Part shown: in pieces, positions 54,249 to 64,000 of the stretch
Numbering within the stretch: the first letter of the stretch is position 1
How the letters are laid out: the number at the start of each line of letters is the position of its first letter
Origin: Eledone cirrhosa
Lineage: Eukaryota
DNA: 64,000 nucleotides
Direction: 5' to 3'
Assembly: GCA_964016885.1 (NCBI GenBank)
Contig: OZ024741.1
Coordinates: 321,036,001 to 321,100,000, forward strand
Notes under the pieces: generated by a model
Database searches by the model: none
What the model saw: only the letters and a program-made list of their open reading frames with translations
What the model was told of the DNA's origin: nothing
Translations under genes and position numbers: made by a program

Positions 54249-55285
54249 CAGGCTGCGTATGATATTTGTTCGCAAGATTACTGTCTAGGAAAAAATAACA
54301 CAGTACTTTTATTTGTTAAGATATATTTATCACACTTGGGTCAGTTTGTCTTCATGACTTGTTCTTTCGATCTCACTCGATAAACCCGCTATTGGCTTTG
54401 ATGACGGCCTCAAGGCGGCATCGGAACCGGCTACAGGCCTTCGTCACTGTCCCCCGACTTAGGCCCCTAAAGGTACTTGTGATCCTGGCCTTCAGATCGT
54501 CTTTCTTATTGCAGCTAGATCTGTTGGTGTCTCGTTCCACTGCGCCCCACACAAAGAAGTCGAGGGGGTTGCAGTCAGGCGAGCTGAGAGGCCAGATGTC
54601 ACGTGAAGTGTGGTTGACGAAATTCTCTGACAGCTAGGCTTGGGTCTTTCGGCTGGTATGGCAGGGCGCTGAGTCTTGCTGCCACACGTACGGCCTACCT
54701 GCAGCTACCTGGTCGATCCAGGGCTTTACTATCTCGCTCAGAACGCAGATGTAGCCATTGGTGTTCAGCTTGAGGCCCTCAGGGAAGAAGTGAGGTGGCA
54801 TGACGTCACCTTGACTGCTGACGACACCTAAGACCAATGTTGTTGCTGGAAACTTTGTCTGCCTGACTCTGGGCACGTCTTTGGATGAGACAGCGAGCCA
54901 CCTGTTGTTCTGGGAGTTGATCTTCTGGTCTTGGCAGAAGTTTTTCTCATCGGAGAAAAACAACAGCACGTCTGGCTCCAGTAGGTGTTTCAACTTGTTG
55001 CTTCGTCGTCGAATCCTGAATCTTCCAATTCCTTTCCACCATTCTCCTGCTGACGCTGAGAAAGTCTGAAATTTCCTTATTTGTCCTCCTGCGCGGATTC
55101 CAAGAAGAACTCCGTGTCTCTTCCACAAATTTGGAGGTTCAAAATTATTCATAATCAATTATTCTGAAGGTAAATAATGGAAATATAGTCACTGTTTTTA
55201 TGAAGACAAGAGTAACAACGGAAGTAAAAATCATTTGCATAAAATTAGCAGTTGAAAATTGCGAACAAATATCGTCCACACCCTG
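54249..55285 (-). mobile_element. Tc1/mariner DD37D (maT-like) transposon, internally deleted
   Basis: TIRs caggctgcgtatgatatttgttcgcaa / ttgcgaacaaatatcgtccacaccctg; TA flanks. Confidence 0.88.
54373..55152 (-). pseudogene. DD37D transposase pseudogene
   Basis: FSDEKNF...WQQDSAPCH..*LSENF..WPLSSPDCNPLDFFVW; 37 residues between the second and third D; in-frame TAG and N-terminal deletion. Confidence 0.88.
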
Positions 55286-56045
<760 letters not shown>

Positions 56046-56054
56046 TCTATCTAT

Positions 56055-56321
56055 CTAAGGTGGGTAAAATTCCCGAGATCCATGGACGAGTTCTCTCCAG
56101 CGGTCTCTGTCCCTCATTATCGCTGCCATGTCCTGCATCTCCAACAGACCAGTGTCTGTCCTTAGGGCATCAACATACGTTAACCTTGGTCTTCCTCTTC
56201 TAGTGTGTCCATGTAGGGGCTCCCAAAGGAGCACTGAGTGCAATGTCAACTCTGGATGTCGGTGAGCATGTCCAGCCAACCTCAGTCTCCTCTGTGTCAC
56301 TTTTGAGCTGACTTTTGTCAT
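56055..56321 (-). pseudogene. RTE-like LINE 3' fragment
   Basis: RRLRLAGHAHRH...[19 protein letters not shown]...DRDRWR is typical of RTE-clade C-termini. Confidence 0.75.
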
Positions 56322-56524
56322 ATATATATTTATATATATTTATATATATATGGTATCCCATAAAATGTATTGCTGTTGTTGCTAGTGGGAGAGTAGGTGA
56401 TAGGTTGCGAGAAGCCGCTGTTAGCTAATGCCGTGTTATAGTAGGGTCTCGCTCTGTCAAAGATAGCCTTATTCGAGGAGAGGTTTGAGATTCTAGTACT
56501 GATAATATTTACGAAGTTTCTAAA

Positions 56525-57214
56525 AACACCAATAAGAAAATAAAGCGTAGCAATAGACAAACTATCTGGTTCTCTCCTCTCTTCTCACTCAACGTTAAAA
56601 CCAATGTAGGCAAACAATTTCTAACCCTCTTAGATAGACACTTTCCCATAGGTAATAATTACCGCTCCATATTTAACCGACACAAAGTTAAACTGGGATA
56701 CTCTTGCGCTAAGAACATGAAGGCCCACATCACCAACAGCCCTAAGAGCAACACTCCACCAGGGTGCTCTTGTCGTAAGCCCGAAGTTTGTCCCCTTCAA
56801 CAGCAATGCAACATACCCGCTGTAGTTTATGAAGCTGTGGTCACTTCCGACCGACCAAATCAACCACAGGAGGTCAAATCCTATGTGGGTATGGCGGAGG
56901 GCCGATTTAAGGAACGCTTCCTGAACCACCAGTCGACCTTTAGGTACCCGGACAGTCGTTCATCCACGAAACTCGCAAGCCACGTATGGTCCCTCAAGGT
57001 CTCAAGTATAGACTACTCCATTCAATGGAAATCCATCACTAAGTCCAAACCATACGCAAGGGGCAATCCGTCGTGTGGACTATGTATTGATGAACGAATA
57101 AATATTCTAAAGAGATTACACAATAGTGATTGCCTAAACTCAAGGAATGAATTCTTCACACGTTGTCCACACGTCTGGAAACACCTCTTACATAACTACA
57201 AAGCTCCGGATTGA
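56525..57214 (+). CDS. PLE linker + GIY-YIG endonuclease (partial, open from 56525)
   Basis: TIWFSPLFSLNVKTNVGKQFL...CSCRKPEVCPLQQQC..VVYEAVV...SYVGMAEGRFKERFLNH...CGLCIDE..LNSRNE..CPH. Confidence 0.85.
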   Translation, partial: NTNKKIKRSNRQTIWFSPLFSLNVKTNVGKQFLTLLDRHFPIGNNYRSIFNRHKVKLGYSCAKNMKAHITNSPKSNTPPGCSCRKPEVCPLQQQCNIPAVVYEAVVTSDRPNQPQEVKSYVGMAEGRFKERFLNHQSTFRYPDSRSSTKLASHVWSLKVSSIDYSIQWKSITKSKPYARGNPSCGLCIDERINILKRLHNSDCLNSRNEFFTRCPHVWKHLLHNYKAPD

Positions 57215-57376
57215 ATCACAACATCCTAATTTTCTTATCAACTAGAAACTTTCGGACTTTCGCAGGTATCTCCCTTACACCTCTCACACGCAATTTAGTA
57301 TTCCTGTATGAAGTGATCGTTTCTGCGCATGCGCGTTCGTATGGTTGTCCTTCCTGTTCCGTATAACCATGTCCAT

Positions 57377-57419
57377 TACGAGCTGAGGATCCGCTAAGGT
57401 GAAACAATTGTTCTCGGTA
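57377..57419 (+). ncRNA. Minimal type I hammerhead in PLE 3' UTR
   Basis: CGAG-CTGAGGA-T-CC gctaa GG-T-GAAA-CAATTG-TT-CTCG; palindromic stem III; GUU triplet; U10.1-U11.1. Confidence 0.78.
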
Positions 57420-57671
57420 GGGTGAACTAACTGTTGTGTAACCACTTCTACCTAACTCGTCCCATGGACTGAGTGCTCTACCACTACGGATATTACCTTC
57501 CAGTGTTCTACCACTATATATATAAATATATATATATACACGCGCGCGAAAACACACAAGTGTGCATACATACACACACACTCGCGCAAAAGATAGGGTC
57601 GATGTTTATATACACCCAACATTTTACAGATCACCACAAACATCCTTTTTCTTTTTGCTAAATCCCCAAGC

Positions 57672-57751
57672 CTGACGAGCAGTTCGATGCTGGAGTCGTG
57701 TCGATAGCTTCCATTCATGACCTGGAGCCAATTGTCTGTGAAATGTGCGTA
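57672..57751 (+). ncRNA. HHR-like motif with long stem II, stem I not evident
   Basis: CTGACGA-GCAG...CTGT-GAAA-TGTGCG-TA. Confidence 0.4.
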
Positions 57752-57829
57752 ACAGATCGATAATCAGTAAAAACATGAAAACAAATCTTGATCGTTTTTC
57801 TTCCTGTTATACATATATATATATATATG

Positions 57830-57925
<96 letters not shown>

Positions 57926-58108
57926 AATAGTTTAATATCAATAGAATTTAAAAGAAAAACGAACACAGACATATATATGTGTTCAAATCGTAAGGGACCT
58001 GATCCGCTAAGGTGAAAAGAATACTAACTATAGACAATAGGGTTCGCTTGTCTCAATTTAAGAAAAAATTAAGAAAATAAATACAAACCGGAATTGTGGT
58101 AACTACCA

Positions 58109-58183
58109 ATCACCCAGACAACTTGTTGTTTCGCAAAGTTAATTGTGAATAGAAATACCAATCCAAGCTCATCAGTGGGTGAT
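58109..58183 (-). ncRNA. Type I hammerhead ribozyme, GUC site
   Basis: ATCACCCA-CTGATGA-GC...GC-GAAA-CAAC aa GTTG-TC-TGGGTGAT; 8-bp stem I, 5-bp stem III. Confidence 0.88.
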
Positions 58184-58489
58184 GAATTAGTATCCTAGAC
58201 ACATCTAAGTATGCTATATATAAAATACATAAAATAGCGCACATGGCATCCTAGCGTGTCTCATAAACCCACACCACTAAAAATAGCAGCCAGGTTCACT
58301 CGACATTTGAAATAGCTCAACAAATTAACGGAGCCGAATATATCAACGGTATGTATTGAGTTAGGAATGTATTGAGTTAGAAAGTGATATTTCTGAGCCG
58401 TATATTAATAGAATATAAAAGAAAAACGAACACAGACATATATATGTGTTCAAATCGTAAGGGACCTGATGTGTCTAGGATACTAATTC

Positions 58490-58601
58490 ATCACCCACTG
58501 ATGAGCTTGGATTGGTATTTCTATTCACAATTAACTGATGAGCTTGGATTGGTATGTCTATTCACAATTAACTTTGCGAAACAACAAGTTGTCTGGGTGA
58601 T
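58490..58601 (+). ncRNA. Inverted copy of the same HHR with a 37-bp internal duplication
   Basis: ctgatgagcttggattggtat(t/g)tctattcacaattaa occurs twice (58498-58534, 58535-58571). Confidence 0.8.
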
Positions 58602-58863
58602 TGGTAGTTACCACAATTCCGGTTTGTATTTATTTTCTTAAATTTTTCTTAAATTGAGACAAGCGAACCCTATTGTCTATAGTTAGTATTCGTTTCACCT
58701 TAGCGGATCTGGTCCCTTACGATTTGAACACATACATATATATATATATGTTTGTTCGTTTTTCTTTTATATTCTATTGTAATATACGGCTCAGAAATAT
58801 CTCTTTCTTAGAGCTATTTTATTGTAAGAGACTATTTTGAGTTCCTAACTCAATATATACCTT

Positions 58864-58943
<80 letters not shown>

Positions 58944-59962
58944 ATACATTTATATATATATATACATATATATATACATATATACATATATATACATATA
59001 TATATATACATATGCATATATATATATACATATATATATATATGTATATATATATTTATATGTGTGTGTGTGGGTGTGTGTGTGTGTGGTGTGTGGGTGG
59101 GGGGGGGGGGCGTGCGGATATGTGATTCTGTGTGATGTGCGAGTGCCCATAAGAAACTACTTATATTTCCATATTTGGCCACGTCTCAGAACACAAAGGC
59201 CTTCAGTAGAACACTTTCTAATCACACCTAACTGTCTGGAATTTCTCGTAGTTGCACCATACTTCTACAGTTTCAAGACAGTCGCTATAATACTCAGCAG
59301 TAGTGGCTACATCTCGTGGTCCAGCCTGGCTAATAGCAACGAGGTTTATTTATCATCCAATGACATTCAATGTTATTTAGAAGCCATAGTCAACTCCCCA
59401 TTCAGTGTTATCGCATTCGAACAATCATACATGAATATTTGCTTTCGTGAAACTAGTAGTACACGTGAGCACATGCGTGTGTGTGTATGTGTATTAACAA
59501 TTTTACTGAAATCTGAAGATTATTCTTAATATATCTTCAAAGCCTTGCAAATTCATTTATTTCTTGCTGATATATCACCTGACCGCGTCATTTCTTTGTC
59601 TATTCCTGGTCGATATATATTATTCAATCATTTGTAATGTCAACAACTGTTCTATGTTATGTGGTGCAATAAGTAATCGTCTTTAGTTTAACCACGGCTG
59701 ACGAAGTGAATAATCACTTGAACATGTTGATTCCCCAAAAGATAACTTGTAAATATTCTATCTTTTCTTCGTACAGAATATTTAAAACTATTTTTCGCCT
59801 TCCATTCACATAGGTATGAATCATTTGTTGAGTTGATGTACACGCTCGGTGATTACATATCTGACACAGATGAACTATGATAGTATTTTCTTGGTTCATA
59901 TATACCTGTATTATATATATATATATAGAGAGAGAGAGGGGGTGGGGGGAGAGAAAGATTGC

Positions 59963-60017
<55 letters not shown>

Positions 60018-62349
60018 TGATATACACACGCACAGACATATTTCTCTGTCGCTCTTCTGAAAATGTCTACCATTTGTGTGTCTTCTTCTTCTTCTTCTTC
60101 TTCTTCTTCTTCTTCTTCTCCTTCCTGTAGACACGCACGCTGGCAGAAGTAATATAGCGACATTTCTCTATTAGAAAGATCTATGAAGTAGAAAGGCAAA
60201 AGTATCTCGTAGGAAATCTAAAACGAAATAATTTCTGGTTGAATCAAAATTCTATAAGAAAGTTATATCCGAGGAATTGGAGATGTTATTTATTGTTTTG
60301 TTTTTGTTTTGGCTCTTGATATTACTGTTATTATTATTGTTGTTGTTGTTAATTTTGTTGTTGTTGTTGTTGTTATTTTGTCTTTCTTTCTAACCCGCCA
60401 CATTTGTATTCTTTCGGAATTGATTGAGGTTGAGGCGTTGACGTTGATGTTGTTATTGTCGCTTGTCGTTAGTTATATTTGTTGTCGTTGTTATTGTTGT
60501 TGTATATTTTCCTACTGGTGTTGATGGCTTTAGTAGCTGTAACGATGGCAGTGGTGTTAATGGCTAAAGAACTTCTTGCGCCCATTAATGGATTTTGTAG
60601 TTAGTGTTATTATTGTTATTATTTTCATATGTTGTGGTATGAACTGTTGGTGGTGGTGGTGGTAGTGGCGGTGGTAGTGGCGGTGGTAGTGGCGGTGGTA
60701 GTGGCAGAGGTAGTGTTGGCGGCGGCGGTGATAACATTATTGAATAAGCCAGTTATAGTTATTCGTTATCTCTTCCTCGCTTCTTGTTGCTGTTTTTGTT
60801 ATTGTAGCTGTTTAGTCTAGGACACTCCTCATCAAACAGATCTATGATCAAAGACATTCTTGTCATAATAATCCCATCATTTTGCAGGAGTAAGGCAACA
60901 TTATTTAATATGGTGGTGGTAATAATAATTGTGTAGGTGGAGGGCTGGATATGGTAGTGGTGTTGATAGCGTATGTTAGTGTGTGTTGTGATTGTGGTGG
61001 TGAGGTAGGGTGGAGATCGGTATTGGGTGTCACTGTAGTCGTGTTGGTGGTCGTGCTTGTGTATCTAGGATTACATCTGAAAACTGGATTGGCAGAACTT
61101 TATGCTGTTAGTACTGGTTCTTTACCTTCTCAGTTCAACTCCAGCTAAGATCAACTTGGCTTTTCATCCATCTGGAGTCGTTTGAAACAAAGTAAGAGTC
61201 AAGTATTGGGTCGATATAATTGACTTTGCCTTCCACCCATAATTGCAGGCCATGTGCCTAAATTAGAAACCATTTGAATGCGGTGGATTGGCAATATTGG
61301 TAGTGTCAGAAAAAATAGTTTCCGGTATTTAGTTCGACTTTCTACGTTCAGACAACAACAAAAGCCACAACGTTCTGAGTTCAAATCCCACCCAGGTTAA
61401 CTTTGCTTTTCATCTTTCAAATGTCAATAAAGTACCAATTAAGTACTGTGGTCAATATTATCGACTTCGCCTTTCTACTAATTTGCTAGCCTTGTGTCAA
61501 TGTTAGAAGCAATTATTGATTTGTATCAAAATGCAATGGGTTTGTGTAGTACGATAGAGTTCAAAATTACTGCCCCAGCGTGGGACTTCGACAAGTGAAG
61601 TAACACATCTGTTACACTAATTTTATCTATCTGTAACATCCTATATTACCGTGAAAATACACATGTGCACACACCTAATATCGTTCATTCAGATATATAC
61701 ACACACTCTGTATCTAAAACTGACACCATTAAAAGGTATAACACAAAAGAAAAAAAGAATCAAGCCTCCCTTAACCAGTGTCATTTTTAAAGGAAGCCAG
61801 AGTATAGTTATAGGGAGATTAGGCTGTTGTTTCTAGCATGTCGACCACCATATAGAAGCCCATTGGATTGTTGTTGTTGTCGCTGTAGTTCTTCTTCTTC
61901 TTCTTGTTTACTGTGAATAGGGCATCATATACTGCCCTCTGAAAATGCAACGCCAATAGGACCCAACTATTTGAATTTTATATCTTTGTTCTTTGCTCTC
62001 ACATGCGTTTTCAAAAATGATGATAAGGCGGAGAAAGAGGTGAAGTTGTCAGTAGTTGTCATGGTATTGGGGGGTGGTTTTCGTTATAGCAGCAATAGTA
62101 ATATTTGTTAATAGTAGCAAGGAAGTTGTTTTCCATAGTACAATTGTCCTTTTAGTATTGTAATAAAACAAAATACATATTTCATTTTACCTTTATATTT
62201 CCATACATAATATATACATTGTTGCACAAGCACACGTTTTTCATTCAAACAATTTCTGTGTAACTACACTTTTTGTACATTTTCTATTTACATCATTGGA
62301 ATGCCTATGGCGTCTACTCGATGTAATAAATCGACTTTGGTTAGCAACT

Positions 62350-62700
62350 TTCTTTGCGTTATTAGAATCTCCAAGTCCATTGACAGTAGCATGTGTGAAG
62401 TTTAAAGTAAGGGAGATAAATATTACATTATGATAAGCTTTGCTTTTGAATTTCGTTTGTTGACATGGCAAATATGTCAGTTGTAGATAATAGCTCTCTT
62501 ACACGAACCGTTATAATGGACGTTTCTGTTGACAAGATTTATAAACATATTGGAGCTCCAATCTTGACTTGAGATAGTGTGTCATCTGCACAAGATGTAA
62601 TGAATCTTCTGAGATAGAAAAGATCTGTTTGATTATCTTCAGCTGCAAAGTCAAGACTACGAAAGATAATAGTTTCTCCTGGTGATCCTTTCATAATTTT
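62350..62700 (-). pseudogene. Highly degenerate Helitron PIF1-like helicase remnant
   Basis: Minus-strand peptides PGETIIFRSLD, KIGAPI and FAMSTNEIQKQSL resemble Helitron helicase motifs (KVGAPIMLL, FAMTINKSQGQTL). Confidence 0.5.
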
Positions 62701-64000
62701 AGTTCAGTTTTTCACCTATATTTTTTGTAGTTAAAATAGCTGTTGATGATAACCATTGCTTAAGATATATTTGTGTGTGTGTGTGTGTGTGAAGGCGCGT
62801 GGCTGAGTGATTATAGAATTGGAATCGTAAAGTTGTGAGTTTGATTCCTGGACCGGGCGATGTGTCTGTCCTTAGGAGAGAGAGATGAAAAGTCCCAATA
62901 GCGGCACCATGCCGTTCCGGATTATGTGTTCAGCAAGCCTTTTCAAGAAAGTAGTAATATTTGTAAAGTGAGATAAAAAGAAAAGGTCATTAGTCTTGGT
63001 AGGGCATTTGTTAAATTTATCATAGTAGTAAACTGGTATGATTTAGAAATGAGCGGGGGCAGAGAACGGTAAGCGCATCTGGACAGGCAAGGGGTCAGAA
63101 GAAGGAAGTAGTGTGGATGGGGGTAGGCGTGGTCAGTGGGTATGAGTGGAGTAGAAGATCTAATATATAAGAATCCAATGATATTATATAATCGTATTTA
63201 TTGGATTATTTGTATTTCTGTGTCATCAGCGATGAACTGTTATGCAATCATTACAATAACAGCTGGCACCGGTGAGACCTCATCAGATGTTAATACAATT
63301 ATGTGAGTAGGTTGATATGTCTCTGGCTAAAGCTACAAAGTTTGAGAAAGTCCAGAGGATATATAACTCGCCACTTTTATCTTCATTCTGCTCTCTTGTA
63401 TCTATTTTCTCATTTGTGGATGTTTTATTTAATCCAAGTGTTGCCAGTTAAAGTATGTAGTCTATTTAAATTTTAGCTTTATCAGTTCTGTCAAGCCAGA
63501 AAACTTCAGTTTACGTGCGTATTCATCAATCACCATCCATTGTCTGCGGTTTTCAAATATTTATTGCTCCAGCTTTAGTCCTTCTGGGTTCAACAGACAC
63601 TGTGGTCATAGTAACATCAGTCTCATTTTTAACAACAGCACCAATGAAAATCTGGTTACAATGTCAATATGCCAAACCATGAACACAACAAACAATAACA
63701 ACAATGCCAGTAATAGTGGAGATAAAATAATATAATTGTTTCTACTTTTGGCTCAAGGCCAGCAGTTACCCAGTGCATTACTGGTACTTTATTTTATCGA
63801 CCCCATAAGGATAAAAGGCAAAGTTAATCTCGGCGGGATTTGAACTCAGATCATAAAGGGCGGTAACTCTTTGCTGCAAAGCATGGCATCCGACTCTCTA
63901 CTAATACTGCCAATTCAATAATAATAATAATAATATTAACAATACCTGTGTTAATAATTGTTACTACTTTTGGCACTAGGCCAGCAATTACCCAGTGTAT

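Larger units (their letters stand above)
56360..57815 (+). mobile_element. Second Penelope-like element (different lineage), 5'-truncated with 5' inversion
   Basis: Minus-strand thumb fragment (RISNLSSNKAIFDRARPYYNTALANSGF) joined to the plus-strand continuation; 3' UTR with HHR; (TA)n flanks. Confidence 0.85.
57939..58868. mobile_element. ~470-500 bp retrozyme-like monomer (GGCTCAGAAA family): 1.1 units on minus, then an inverted partial unit
   Basis: gttcaaatcgtaagggacctgat at 57981 and 58448; inversion at 58470 with GAT microhomology; (TA)n flanks. Confidence 0.85.

Noticed and set aside
63275-63290. CTGATGA on the minus strand
   Set aside because: No downstream stem II plus GAAA.

Overview
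This is eukaryotic, AT-rich, microsatellite-saturated, gene-poor DNA. The repeat landscape looks like an octopus or other cephalopod, which is an inference. No host protein-coding exon could be supported. Conventional content: two Penelope-like elements (PLEs; RT and/or GIY-YIG), a ~12 kb head-to-tail stack of five L1/Tx1-like LINE copies separated by (GATA)n, a DD37D Tc1/mariner (maT-like) remnant, a non-autonomous Helitron, CRE- and RTE-like fragments, and tRNA-derived SINEs. The striking signal is RNA-level. Read by eye, the window holds about 20 type I hammerhead ribozyme (HHR) motifs in roughly ten distinct non-coding families. Three are retrozyme-like monomer families (~427, 466 and ~500-557 bp) occurring as tandem or circularly permuted copies. 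The 427 and 466 bp families share an octamer plus PSE/TATA-like block. Other HHRs show a U3-A8 core variant or a long stem II, and one retrozyme carries an 18-nt antisense match to the neighbouring PLE ribozyme. Most of these elements sit in (TA)n and show PLE-style inverted-arm-plus-tail architecture, which suggests a PLE-mobilised retrozyme/circRNA system. All folds are manual, and there is no evidence here of expression or cleavage.
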